From: Carcharhinus longimanus
Lineage: Eukaryota
Length of the DNA: 64,000 nt
NCBI GenBank assembly: GCA_030264375.1
Contig: JASCQW010000105.1
Location: forward strand, 14,957,507-15,021,506
Reading direction: 5' to 3'
The stretch's first letter is position 1. The number at the start of each line of letters is the position of its first letter. Under the pieces are notes generated by a model that had not been told where the DNA came from, ran no database searches, and saw only the letters and a list, made by a program, of their open reading frames with translations. The position numbers and the translations under genes are program-made. Of the stretch, positions 36,541 to 49,900 are shown piece after piece.

Positions 36541-36699
36541 TTAAAAACACTTTGGAGAGCCAGGGAAGGACTCCCCTCCTGCCCCCCAGTATGTGAAGAG
36601 AACTCTGGTGGGCTGGTCACTTGGCATTGGCCTTTCCTGTCGCCGGCTGAATCATGTTAGTAGTGAGGAGCCCCCGAAAATGGGCATTAATTGGGGTGA

Positions 36700-38530
36700 A
36701 CAAAGAACAAAACAAAGCATAATTCAGCACAGGAAACAGGCCCTTCGGCCCTCCAAGCCTGCGCCGCTCATTGGTCCATCTAGACTATTCTTCTGTATCC
36801 CTCCATTCCCAGTCTGCTCATGTGACTATCCAGATGAGTCTTAAACGATCCCAGCGTGTCCGCCTCCACTACCCTGCTTGGCAGTGCATTCCAGGCCTCC
36901 ACCACCCTCTGCGTAAAATACGTCCCTCTGATATCTGAGTTAAACCTNNNNNNNNNNNNNNNNNNNNNNNNNNNNNNNNNNNNNNNNNNNNNNNNNNNNN
37001 NNNNNNNNNNNNNNNNNNNNNNNNNNNNNNNNNNNNNNNNNNNNNNNNNNNNNNNNNNNNNNNNNNNNNNNNNNNNNNNNNNNNNNNNNNNNNNNNNNNN
37101 NNNNNNNNNNNNNNNNNNNNNNNNNNNNNNNNNNNNNNNNNNNNNNNNNNNNNNNNNNNNNNNNNNNNNNNNNNNNNNNNNNNNNNNNNNNNNNNNNNNN
37201 NNNNNNNNNNNNNNNNNNNNNNNNNNNNNNNNNNNNNNNNNNNNNNNNNNNNNNNNNNNNNNNNNNNNNNNNNNNNNNNNNNNNNNNNNNNNNNNNNNNN
37301 NNNNNNNNNNNNNNNNNNNNNNNNNNNNNNNNNNNNNNNNNNNNNNNNNNNNNNNNNNNNNNNNNNNNNNNNNNNNNNNNNNNNNTTTTGATGGTTCTGC
37401 CATTTAATGTATAGCTCCTCCCTACATTAGTCCTACCAAAATGCATCACTTCACATTTATCTGGATGAATAGTCTGGCTCTAGTTTTTAGACAATGGTGC
37501 CTGGTCCTCGATTCTTCATCAATAGCTATCCCCCCACAACCGACCTCCACTATTTACCCTATCTGCTCCACCTTACAAATCTTACAAATTTTAATCAAAT
37601 CATCCCTTAACCTTCTAAATTCCAGAGCAGACACCTTAGTTTGTTTAATCTCTCCTCATTGCTTAACTGTTGGGAGTCCAGGAATTGTCCTGGGAAAACT
37701 GCATTGAATTCTCCCCAAAGCCTAAACACACTTTGTAAGTTGTGGTGCCCAGAAGTGTTCGTGGCAATCCAGGTATGCTCTAAGTAGGGCTTTATATAGC
37801 TGAACCATGACTTCTACCCTTTGTATTCTGTCCGGTATTAATCTGTCTAATTATTTTCATGATATTTTAAATATTCTGTTTATGAACTCCCAAGTCTCTT
37901 TGTACTTGCACTGTCTCTATCTTTTGACCATTCGGAAAGTATCCAATTCCAGCCTTTTATGCTCAAATGGATGGCTTCGCTTTTGCCTACATTGAAACTC
38001 ATGTGGCAGTTCATCCACTTAATCTATCAATAACTCTTTATAATTTTTTGCTTCCTTTTACATCGCTTGCAATACTGCCAATACTTGTGTCATTGACAAA
38101 TTTGGAAATGTGGTTTTCTATTCCATTGTCAAAGTCAATGATTACTGGCTTTGACAGATGGAATTTTTTCAGCAACACTCAACTGCTGTACTGCCAAAAG
38201 ACTATCTAAGTCATTGATACATAAAATAAATAGATGCAGTACATCTCATTGGTTACAACTTACCAATTAGAGTACATGCCCATTGTCCTGACTGTCGTCT
38301 TCCACTAAGCCAATTTCTGAATTAATTCAATAATTTACTTTCAATTCAGCTTAATTTACAGCTTCCACTTTAACTCAAGTCTATTATGAGTAACATTATG
38401 AAATTCCTTCTGGAAGTTCATACAAATAACATACGTAGGAATTCCTTGCCCTCTATGTCAGTTATCTTTACAAAAATTCAATTATATTTGTCAGTCATGA
38501 CATAGCTTTTACAAATCTTTGCTCTGTCTC
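36700..38530 (-). mobile_element. CR1 fragments (- strand) spanning a gap
   Basis: RGTYFTQRVVEAWNALPSRVVEADTLGSFK and MHFGRTNVGRSYTLNG, plus older decayed RT pieces. Confidence 0.8.
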
Positions 38531-38544
38531 TGCTCAGCTGAAAA

Positions 38545-38617
38545 TGATGTGGAGATGCTGGTGTTGGACTGGGGTAAACATAGTAAGAAGCCTCACAACA
38601 CCAGTTGGACTTTAACC
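38545..38617 (-). repeat. Penelope terminal-repeat fragment
   Basis: atgatgtggagatgctggtgttggactggggtaaaca...cacaacaccag followed by ttggactttaacc (collapsed fold-back). Confidence 0.7.
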
Positions 38618-40269
38618 AGTTGAAAATGTCGAAGTGTCATAAGGTAGTACAGAACTTGAGTACTGCTGAAAGGAAAGACAAGTCTCTTGCCAACTAACAG
38701 CATCCTTTCTTCCTATAGTATAAATTGATGTGATCGTTTGAAATTTGACATTCTTGCATTTGTTCTGATGAGAACAAGACAAAAAACTTGAGCAACATAA
38801 CTCTATTTTCAGCAATATTTAAATTATCAAGGTGTTCAGTTATCCTACCCTTACCTATAGACAGTAGCAATGTCCTAACTGGAGATGTTAACTGGTCTAT
38901 TATTACCTCGTTTCCTCTGTCACCTTTCTTAAAAGTAATCAGACTATTGAAATCAGCAAGTTGGAGGTTCTTCCACCAAGGTTAATCAATAACGCCAGGA
39001 ACTTCAGTCTTCATGTAGATTGTGAAAATCAAAGTGGCAAAAATAGCTTGGAAGATGAGTTTAAAGCTTGATTTGAGCCACTGTTTTAGAAGAACATGTA
39101 ATGGAACTAATAAGCAACCCTCTAAAACAGCATTCTGCCCCTGTGCAGCACTTTTTTCCCCCTCCGATGCAGTGCTCTGCATCCATCCCCACATCAAAAG
39201 CAACACCCCCCCACCCCCACTGGGACGTCCTCTCCCCCTGTTGTGGCACCCCTGGGGCAGCACGGTAGCACAGTGGTTAGCANNNNNNNNNNNNNNNNNN
39301 NNNNNNNNNNNNNNNNNNNNNNNNNNNNNNNNNNNNNNNNNNNNNNNNNNNNNNNNNNNNNNNNNNNNNNNNNNNNNNNNNNCCCTCCACTTCCTCATCC
39401 AGGTCATTTATGAAAATGACAAACAACAAGGGTCCCAGAACAGATCCTTGAGGCACTCCTTGAGGCACTATTTTGCTTTTATCTTACCATGTCTCTCTGT
39501 GTTTGACCACGTATCTATCTGTGCAGTCATTTGAGTATCTGTTTATCATTTCAATCTGTGTAATAATGATTATTTAATACTTCTCAGGCACCTAGAATGT
39601 CGCTTCACCGGCATAAATGTGAAAGACCAAAAGAGAAAATGCTAGAAAATCTCTGCAGGTCTGGCAGCATCTGTAAGGAGAGAAAAGAGTTGATATTTCA
39701 AGTCCAGATGGCCCTTTGTTAAATGCAAAAGAGTTTGTTATCCACCTGTGAATTACACAAAATCTGCTGAGAAATACCAAATACAGCTAAATTCTCAGTA
39801 ATTATTCTTTCCTAAACTATAAGCTCTGTAACTCAGTTGCAATCTTCCTACCACTGATCCAGTTGAAATGATCTAACTCAGCCAGGAACTGCCACTGAGA
39901 TCTTTCTATTCTGATAGCTCAGATATGGAGATGCTACCTTTGACAATGGTTGGATATTTATACTTCAAAACATCAGATTTCATGACATCACAGCTCTAGA
40001 CAACTCACAAAGCAAAGTAGAAACTAACAGGGATAATGTTTCCTTTGGGAAACTGAAAGGTTTGGATGAAATGCCAGATTTACACACCAACCAGAATTAC
40101 TCTCCAGTGACTATAACTGAAAGTAAAATCAGATGAGATGCAAGACCTAATCCCTTTAGGTTAGGTTAAAATTGCCAATACTGCTGATTGCGAAAACATT
40201 CATAAAGTTGAGGGAGTGTCAGCACTGCTACCTTCCTGTAGCTGTCTGATACAGACACCATGTTTAAAC

Positions 40270-41205
40270 TCCACAAATATCCCCATACTCAATGATGAAG
40301 GAGCCCAGCACACCAATCCAAAAGATAAGGCTGAAGCGTTCACAGGAATCTTCAGCCGGAAGTGCTGAATAGATGATACATCTCGGCCTCCTCTGGAGGT
40401 CCCCAAAAGTGGTTTTTGCTACCAAATAAACCTGTTGGACTTTAACTGGTGTTGTGAGACTTCTCACTGAGTTGTCCCCAGCATCACAGATGTAAGTCTT
40501 CAGCCAATTTGATTCTCTCCATATGATATCAAGAAATGGTTGGAGGTACAGGATACTGCAAAGGCTATGAACCCTGACAATATTCTAACAATAGTACTGA
40601 AGACATGCTCCAGAATTTCCCTAACTCCTAGCCAAGTTGTTCTAGTACAGCTACATCGCTGACATCTACCGAGCAATGTGGAAGATTGCCCAGTTTGTCC
40701 TGTACACAAGAAGCAGGACAAATCCGACCCAGGCAATTACTGCCCCATCAGTGTACTCTCAATGATCAGAAAGGTGAACTCCGGAGGTGAGTGACTGCCC
40801 TGACGAGACAGTATTTGACTGAGTGTGGCATCAAAGAGCTGTAACAAAACTGGAGTCAAGAGAAGTCAGGAAAACCCTCCTCTAGTTGGAGTCTTACGTA
40901 GCACAAGAATGATGATTGGAGGTCTATTTTCTCAGCTACAACACATCACTGTAGGAGTTCCTTCAGCTGCTTCGTCAATGACCTTCCATTCATATAAGGT
41001 CAGAAATAGGAATGGTTGCAGATGATTGCACAACGTTCAGCACCATTTGTAACTCCTCAGGTACTGAAGCCGTCCATGTCCAAATGCAGAAAGACCTGAC
41101 AATATCTAGGCTTGGGGTGTAAGTGACAGGTAATATACATGCCACATAAGTGCCACGCAATGACCATCTCTAACAAGGGGGAATTTAACCATTGCCCCTT
41201 GACTT
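40270..41205 (+). mobile_element. CR1/L2-group LINE fragment (same family as 56385-58740)
   Basis: Shared sequence atcccc.tcctcaatgatg..ggagcccagca, cagccaattcgattc.ctcc and WKIAQFVLY..KQDKSDPGNYCPISVLS. Confidence 0.8.
40408..40480 (+). repeat. Penelope terminal-repeat fragment inserted in a LINE
   Basis: gctaccaaataaacctgttggactttaactggtgttgtgagacttc interrupts the LINE at ...ggaggtcccc|agcatcacagatg. Confidence 0.75.
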
Positions 41206-41283
41206 AATGTCTGTGTTGATAGATGTGATCTTTGTGGAGACCCTCTCCACTTCGAGCTGACAGTTTGTGGTGTTGGTGGTAGC

Positions 41284-41519
41284 CACGATGTGGAGATACT
41301 GGCATTGGACTGGGATAGGCTCAGTAAGAATTCTCACAACACCAGGTTAAAGTCCAACAGGTTTATTTGGAGTCACGAGCTTTCAGAGTGCTGTTTCTAA
41401 GGAGGAGCTCCTAAACAGCGCTCCGAAAGCTCGTGATTCCAAACAAACCAGTTGGACTTTAACTTGGCATTGTGAGACTTCTTACTGAGCCCACCCCAGT
41501 CCAGCATCTCCATATCATG
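41284..41519. repeat. Penelope-derived hairpin (short fold-back)
   Basis: Inverted arms ~41284-41396 and ~41413-41519 of the same terminal repeat, separated by a 16-nt spacer containing the palindrome AGGAGCTCCT. Confidence 0.8.
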
Positions 41520-43246
41520 TCTACAAACGGTAGCAGCTGGGTAAGTAGGTGAAATAAGAAGGAAAAATTAACCCAGTTCATTAATTTAAAACATGTTTGT
41601 CACTCCAAAGATTCTGCCAGATCTGCTGAGTATTTCCAACATAATCTGTTTTTGTATTAGATTTCGTATATCCACAGTTTATTTTGTAATTACAAAGCAG
41701 AGGTTCAATATAGGGAACAGGAAAAATGTTGAATTTTTAATCAAAGAGGAAATTACTAAATATCTAGATAAAGAGAAATTAATTTGAGCTGCCAACACAG
41801 ATTTTTGAAAGAAAGATTGGCTTGGCAACATAGTTCTTTGAAGACATGACAGATGTTATAGATGGGGAACCGTAATGGATGTGTATGTGAACTTTTAAAA
41901 AGCTTTTGACAAGGTCTCGCACAGGGAGTTATTGAAGAAGATCAAGAGACATTGAATTAAGAGAAAGTTAGCAAATTGGATTAAAACTGGTTTGAAAAGA
42001 TGAAACAGAGTTGAGGAGTTAAGGGCAATTTCTCAGAGCATGACGCTGCAACAAATGCAGAAATAATTCTGTTCTGATTTCAGAACTGGTTTCATCACCT
42101 TGATGTTGCAAAATTAAAAATAAACAGCTTGAAATATTGTATTTCTCCAATTTCCTTTTTGATATCTTCATTAACATTTCCCCCAATTTCCTTTAATTTT
42201 TATCATTTGAGTTTTACCTTTCAGATTGGTTGTAACTAAATCCAAATTTTTCTTATTAGTTCTTGGGTAATTGCATATCCATTTTCCAGTGCTACCACTG
42301 TAATCCATTATTTGTTCCAACAGTTGGAGTTGCTTCATCTGAAATTCCCTCCAGTGAAACAGCAAGTCCAAAGTTTTATCTTCCAACCAGTCATGGATAA
42401 GAACCCTAGAAACTGTCACAGAAGGAACAGAACCAATCTTTAAAAACTGGAATACTCCTTCCAATTCCACTCTAGTGATGAAGACAGTTGCCAGCTTCCA
42501 CTTTGCCCCCTGCTAATAGTCTCTGCCTTCAACTTCCAGGATCTGCCTGAGGATAATAGCTCAAAATCTGGTATCAATTCTTCAGTGCACTACCTAGTCA
42601 TTTCAAACATCCCTTCTCAATTTAACATTTTTTTAAAGGAGACACGAGGCCATGTGAGCTTTGGGTCTAGCTGTTCTTGTGATTGCTAGGCGAGCATGTT
42701 TACTTAACAGTAATACTTTAACACATAACTATAAAATATAGAAGTGAAGAAAACGTGTACTTTTTTGTCAGAGATATGGGTGTAGCAGCCATTGCCAGGT
42801 AATTTGCATTGACTAGGAGGTGGAAAGGGAAAGAGTATCTCAGGTCATTCAAAGTATATGGCTTGAAGTCACGTTCTCAGCTATTTTGGCAATTCAGCTG
42901 TTACACATGGCTTAAGAGCCCCTGCAGTAAGATGAAGAAAATTAACTAGGGTCGTTTCTCCTGATTGCTATCTAATGACTCCTAGAAGGTTATATGAGTG
43001 TGGATGTGAAGACACAGCTTGCTAACTCACTGAGACACATAGGTTGCCACATGCAGGATGTTTATTAGTGTAAGATGTTGGATGGTGCACAGCAATCATG
43101 AAAGTATCTCGGGGAAGAGGCATTACCATCTGGGGAGGAGTATGGAACAATAGCTTGGTCAAAGAAGGAGGAAGTAAATTGTGTAGTTTAATGCCAAACA
43201 TGTGCTCTGGGACAAATTTGTAATGTTGTCACCCACTTCTATATAA

Positions 43247-43577
43247 GGGCAGCATGCTGGCACAATGGTTAGCACTGCCGTTGCACAGTGCCAGAAATCC
43301 GGGTTGGATTTATGGCTTGGTCACTGTCTGTGTGGGGTTTGCACATTCTCCCTGTGTCTGCGTGTGTTTCCTCCAGGTGCTCCAGTTTCCTCCCACCATC
43401 CAAAGGTGTGTGGGCTAGGTGGATTGACCATGCTAAATTGTCCCTTAATGTCAGAGGGATTAGCTATGGTAAATGTATGAGGTTGTGGGGATCGGGCCTG
43501 GGTAAGATTGTGGTCAGTGCAGATTCGATGGGCCAAATAGCCTCCTTGTGCACTGGGGGATTCAATGATTCTATGAA
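43247..43577 (+). mobile_element. HE1/V-SINE-type SINE, full length
   Basis: gggcagcatgctggcacaatggttagcactgc head, V domain and gattcaatgattctatga tail. Confidence 0.85.
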
Positions 43578-43944
43578 TTCTGCAACTTTTCATGTTTGGT
43601 ACAGAATCAGATCTAAATTAATCTCATTTTTCAGTTTCAGTACCTTTTTCTAAAATATAATGAGTGATTTTAACTGTCAACTGGTTTCCTTTGGCAAACT
43701 GCTAACGCCAACTAACTTCCTAACAGTCAGTGCAATATGAAAGAGTGACAGTTTTAACTAGTGGATCCCATTAACCTGCCACTGATCTATTTCCCATCAA
43801 GAATTAGTCAGACGTGGGTGGGAGGATGTGCTGCTGGCCTCCCAAAAACCATGATGTGGAGATGCCGGCGTTGGACTGGGGTAAACACAGTAAGAAGTCT
43901 CACAACACCAGGTTAAAGTCCACAGGTTTATTTGGTAGCAAACG

Positions 43945-43981
43945 CCACTATCTTTCGGAGCGCTGCTCCTTCGTCAGGTGA
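43945..43981 (-). ncRNA. Minimal hammerhead-ribozyme motif (opposite arm)
   Basis: - strand TCAC-CTGACGA-A-GGAGC-AGC-GCTCC-GAA-AGAT-A-GTGG. Core and stem II are perfect; the palindrome is mutated to AGAT. Confidence 0.65.
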
Positions 43982-44327
43982 GTGGGAGATCTGTTCAGAA
44001 ACAGGGCATATAAAGACACAAACTTAATTTACAGAATAATGATAGAAATGCTAATCAAATAGCCAAGTTCTGCACACATGAGGGTGGCCTCAACTGGAAT
44101 CATGTCACATTATCTGTAACCCCCACAACTTGCCTGGCCTTGCAAAATCTCACTAACTGCCCTGTCTGGAGACAATACACATCTCTTTAACCTGTGCTTC
44201 ATGCTCTCTCCACTCACATTGTCTTTACCTTTAAGACTTGATTGGCTGTAAAGACTAGCATTTCAATCATTATTCTGTAAATTGAGTTTGTGTCTTTATA
44301 TGCCCTGTTTGTGAACAGATATCCCAC

Positions 44328-44364
44328 TCACCTGATGAAGGAGCAGCGCTCTGAAAGCTAGTGG
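44328..44364 (+). ncRNA. Minimal type I hammerhead-ribozyme motif in a Penelope-like terminal repeat
   Basis: TCAC-CTGATGA-A-GGAGC-AGC-GCTCT-GAA-AGCT-A-GTGG: catalytic core, stem II (one G-U), palindromic AGCT stem III, UA cleavage site and stem I CAC/GTG. Confidence 0.7.
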
Positions 44365-46734
44365 TGTTTGCTACCAAATTACCAAATAAACCTGTTGGAC
44401 TTTAACCTGGTGTTGCGAGACTTCTTACTGTGTTTACCCCAGTCCAACGTCTGCATCTCCACATCATACACTGCTTCTGGCATTGACATACATGATATTT
44501 TTCTTCTGTATTGTCTGTGAAGTAGATATCTTGGGGCTGTTCATGACATTTTAGTAGTGTGTATGCAGACTGCCCCCAACACCAACCCCCCTCCATTGCC
44601 CCTGACCCCCATCAAGTCACTTTGGAAATTTGCCATTTCTAGCTTTCCAACATGCCTTAGGGCTTTGCAATCTTTTGGGAGAAACAGTGTCTCCTTCACC
44701 TGCAATGCCTGTATCAGGGTCTCTTTCGCAGTTTGGAAAACTTTGCCATATTTAGGGCAAGTTCTTACGGAATTTCTGCCTTCAGACTACATTTCCCCTA
44801 TAAGTTGCTTTTAATTGGCATCACAAATACCCAAAACCTAACTCTTCCCCCCTCCCCAGCGCATCCCCACACCCTCCCAAAAGTATGCATCCAGTGAGAT
44901 GCACAGGTAGTGCTAGCTGTACATCATTAAAGTCAGGAAGCAGAAGGAATATTGAGCATTGTCTGTAAACATTTGAATTGGTGGACCTGGGTTGATCCAG
45001 ATTTCTAAGCCATAATCTAAGCCAGTTTTGACTATGTGAATAATTGAGACCGCCAAAACAGATGAACTGATCTGTCACCTTATTGCTATTTGTCTGACCT
45101 TGATGTGTGTACAGTGATAGCCATATTTGTCTCCTCATTTATCCTTCAAAGTGAAGATGATTATGTTCTGCATCTGGGGTATTCCACAGGGTATGTTGGT
45201 GATTGCTACAGCCAATCTTCACCGAGTAGGTTCTGCTACCAGTGGGATGGGATACCACACGTGATTGAGTCTTAGGTGAGTTGCTGGCTTGGGATTTCCT
45301 CTCCTTTCGTTTTCTCTGTACTTTTGAAATGCGCTTGCTTTCAAAGTAGGTTTCTTTTATTTGATTGCCCCAGGTGCAACAATCCTGGGCAAGCTTCTCC
45401 CAGGACTTGAAGTTAGTGTCAAAACTCCTGAGTGAAATCTTCAGAGAGTCCTTTTACTATCACAAGACCATCATTCCAGACTCGAGTTCTGATCGGTGCA
45501 GGCTTGGAGTGCTGAAGGGCCTGTTCCTGTGCTGTACTGTTCTTTGTTCTTGTTCTTCTCTCCACAGAAGGTTCACTTTGTAAGCATGTGTTAGGCATCC
45601 TGGTAACATGACCAGCCTAACTCGTTTATGACTGTCTCACTCCAAGATTGATGTTCAACGTCTGCTCCATTCTCAAAGTTACAAAGCCAAGCTGACAAAA
45701 TGAGGCATTGCACCCCAACCTGAGCTTGATCTTTGCCAAAAGGCCAAGAAGTTTGCTGAAAGTTACACTTGCTTTGACAATTATTGTATGTTGTTTTGTC
45801 ATCAAAAGCTTGTGCTCTTAAGATAAGTAAAATTCTTCACTGCTGACAGGTTCTAGTCATGCACTGAAAACTTGGGCTGAAGATAGGACTTTCCAAGAGC
45901 AGGCTGATATATTATTTAAGTTTCCTTTGTGCCGATTGAAGAATGTTTATATTTGGAGATATAGACAGTGATTACACTTCAGAAATAATTATTTGGCTTT
46001 TATATGATTTGGCACCTCCAGATGTGGAAAATGCTGAAGAAATACAAGCTGTTTTTTGTGTTCTGTGCATTGTTTCTCAGTTGGAGTTTGAGCTACAAGC
46101 AGGAACAAATAAATTTGAAATTATAGGACAAAAGCTGGAAGTACTATCATCCACTGTTGTCACTTATTTCATCATTTCAATTAGAAAAACCTGATGGCAC
46201 TGACTCTCTGTGACAAAAGAGTTACTTAGAAGACAAGTAAATATGACCCTTCAGAATATTATAAAACATCTGCAAACCTCTGATTTATCCCAAAGGTTAA
46301 TTGTTCCTGATGGGAAAGAAAGGAGGCATCCAAAAAGACCAAGACACCGGCTTAATTTCCTGTTCTAGCCTTCATTTGTGAGTTCAGAATGCTTAACTTG
46401 AAACGTGCATCACTGAATGCAGTAGTTGCTGATTACTGTATATTCAATAAAATACATCACCCACATTCCTGTGCAGTGAACCATAGAGACTTTCAGCCTT
46501 TAGCTGCTCTCCCGCTCTCTCACTTGTATCTTGTTAGTCTAACTCTGTCCAAGTTTCAGGGATATCTTGGAAACCCTTCCCCTCTCGAAGCACATATCCA
46601 TGGCAAAATGTATCATGTGGGCCTTATATCCAGGCAGAAATGCAGCAGAAGGAGGTTCTGCTGCTCTAGGGATACCATGACTTCATTATGTCAGTTGATT
46701 GGACCAGAGATGGCCTCCAACTGTGTGGATCGGT

Positions 46735-46945
46735 GCACAATGCCACTCTGGTATCCAAGGACAAAGGCAGATGAGAGGTACAATAGGTGTCATTCCTCCA
46801 TAAAGATGGTAATTGAAAGGATAGTTGGGCTGCCTAAACAAAGGTTCTGCTGGCTGGACCAATCGGGGTGCATTTTAGTGTCCTCTAAAGCGCATATGCC
46901 TTATTGTCATTATCTGCTGCACTCTGCACAATCTGGTGCTGGGAA
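46735..46945 (+). mobile_element. Harbinger/PIF DDE transposase (HARBI1-like) fossil
   Basis: MPLWYPRTKADERYNRCHSSIKMVIERIVGLPKQRFCWLDQSG, followed after a frameshift by IVIICCTLHNL, typical of the Harbinger C-terminal catalytic region. Confidence 0.75.
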
Positions 46946-49900
46946 TGATGAGGATACTGAAGCAGCTCCACAGACATCTAGGAAGGCTATACTGATAGAT
47001 CTGATGAGTAGCCCAGGCAAGCCCTGAGTAAGGATGTTAGCGGCAGACTTGATGAACCTTCAGGGAAATGGACACCTTAATTCAATGCATCCTCGGCTAG
47101 GCTGGCAAAGGATGACTTCAATTTCATTGCAAGAGCATTGCCTCCTTCCACACACTTCTGAGAAGTCAATCCCATGACCCCGATGTCACTTCATCACCTG
47201 CTGCCTATCATAAGGCACTGATGAGGCCTGCACCTATCGAAAACTCAGCTTTGAAACAAAATCTTGATTTATATTTTTACTACAGTTGCAGAAAAGGAAT
47301 ATAATATGGTTGCTCTGTCACACAAAACCAGCATAACACTGATGAGTGTGTCGTCCATGAGAACCCCATCCTGCGTTCACAGTTCTTTAAACATACGCTT
47401 GCAAGTGCTACGTCTCCACACACCATGCCAACAGAATGTCCCATCTGGCACTCACTGCCTCTGAGAGTACGTGGGCACTGGACCAAGAAGTGGGGGGCAG
47501 AGTGTCCACCTACATTGCCTCCCACCGAGTGTGTCGAGTAAGTACTGATGCCATTCTGTATGAACCCCCTTTGCCTCTTCTGAAACTCCTGGCAACCTTC
47601 AGGATGCTGCTTCAGCCGATTTGAAACCTCCCACCAGGTCATCACACACCTGCCAGCAGCCCTTTCCTGACGTGGGGAGGTGTTTTATGCTGTTTATCCT
47701 TAATTGACTAGCCAGCATGAAGCCAGGTTGTTTTAACATTCATGGCCAGAAACTGAAGTCACGGCTGCATTCAGCCCTTTGGAACACGCACACCTGACAG
47801 GCTTGAAATTCAAGTCAATGAGAATACACTTCAAAAAAAGTACTCCCCTGCTGTAAAGCTCTTGAGATATCCAGGTTTGTGAAAAGTGCTAAATAAATGC
47901 AAATCTATCTGTATGCATGGCCAACACCCAATATATAGCTGTCCCTAATTTTAACTTAATTTAGATTCTCAAGTGTTCAAATGATTTCTGTTCAGGATTA
48001 GAGTTATAAATGGAAAAAGTGTCAGGTAACCTTTATTCAGTACAGAACAACTTGTTTCAGAGAAACATTCAACTTTTGAACTTGACAAGATGGAGAGAAA
48101 GTGATTTCTCAGTAGTGAACTTAGTGCCTGGCTTCATTTGAAGCATTACAGAAGCTAGCTCTATGTTGTCTTCAAGCAAAGCACCTTGAAACCTTTTTCT
48201 AATTAAATACAACAGGCCATAGTTTTTTAGTTGCCTTTTATGGAAAGTTTCAGAAAGTACAAACTCGTAGTAACAGATCAATGAGGGAAACTCAGCATCT
48301 GGGCCTTGAGTTAACAGGGAAAGCAGCTGTGTATTTGCTTAACCAATCAAATTGAAGGATTGAGAAAGAAGTGTTAATTAGATAAGATGAATTCAATGTC
48401 AAATCAAATGTAGAGAGAAAAAGATGGAAAGCAAGATTAGATTGAGAGTGAAATGTGAGCCAGAAAGGATTTTTTTAACTTGATATTTTTGTACTTTGTA
48501 TCTCAAACAATACTTAAAACCTGAAGGAATGTGACTTTCGCTTGTAATTCTTAATTTTCAATGTCATGGTATGTTTGGCAGCAACTAATCAAGATTTATT
48601 ATGTAATTAAAAGGGTGCTTAGACTGACATGAACAAGACTTAACATCCTGTAATGGCCTTAGAAATACAGAAACTTCAGACTTTAATGCCTTTCAGTGGT
48701 GAACCATACAGTGAGATACTGCTTTTACTAAGCTAATGGTGGAGTCGAACATCTTCTAGATTTCCCAATTTAACCATCTGCCTGTTTTCGCTTGAAGTTA
48801 TGCAGTGTTTGTGCATAATTAATGAAAAGAGCCATTAGCCTTGCTATTATTTTGACAGCTATTATGGCCCACGATATCATTACATTGTTTGCTTATCCTC
48901 CTTTATTGAAGAAAATAAGTATGTTATTGAAGCAACAATATTAGGGACAGCTGATATTAAAAACAGCTGTATTAGTCATGTAGATTGGATCATTCAGTTT
49001 AATATGATTTAGTACTTTAACTAGAAAAAAACTTAATCTTACATGTTTAAAAAGATAGCCCTTCTGATATTTTGTAAAATAATGAACTTGATGTAAACTG
49101 CACATAAATCAGTAAGGCAATATCAGAACTCACTTCTCAATTGTCCTGAAGTATGACAATTGGTCTTGGTCAATTAAGCAATACTGCAGCCAGCTGCACA
49201 GCAGTGATTAACTCTTATACCTTTGCAAGTATGAAAACTGGATGGGCAATGAGTGGATGAAATGAGAATCTGGCATTTGTATGGGATGCAAAAGAATTAA
49301 GATTCTTTGATTTGATTTATTATTGTCACGAGCATTAGCATACAGTGAAAAGTGTTGTTTTTTGCATACCAAAATTGAAATTGTGCATTTAATAGATACA
49401 AACTTAAGTGGTTCATTGTGCTGTAAAATCTCCTTTATCAGGCATGCTCAGGTAATAGGTGGTGCCAGTCAATCAAAAATTCCACTTAATGGGAGTTGCA
49501 TTACTCTGCCCACAAGACCTGGTTCTCATCTGTCTTTCAGGAGTTGAGGGTAGTACAAGGTAGTACAACTGAGCAGTCAAGTGTCCCAGCACAGCATGGT
49601 ATCACAGTAAAAACACCGCAACTAAAGACCAAGCTGACACCATGACCTTGAAACTATCTTTTTAAAAAACAGAGCTGTCAGCTTTATTAATGATTGTTCC
49701 CAGTAGTCTATCTTTGCTCAAGTGCAATAACCAAAACTGACCCAATAACTTAATAATTTCATTGCAAAGCTTGAGAACAATGAAAGCAGATTTACAATCT
49801 CTTCTTAGTATTGTTAGTTTTTTTAAAGTGCATTATCTGAACAATGAAAGTGACTTTTTTTTAAATCCAGTTTTAGAAATTTCGGTTTCTAGAGAATTCT

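Larger units (their letters stand above)
43851..44467. mobile_element. Penelope-like element 3' end with inverted terminal duplication (fold-back)
   Basis: ~200-bp inverted arms at 43851-44053 and 44256-44467. The spacer encodes IAKFCTHEGGLNWN..MSHYL* (44059-44119), resembling a PLE GIY-YIG C-terminus. Confidence 0.8.

Noticed and set aside
46389-47027. 212-aa ORF as a host gene
   Set aside because: Only its middle matches a decayed, frameshifted Harbinger transposase; the rest has no recognisable protein features or splice context.
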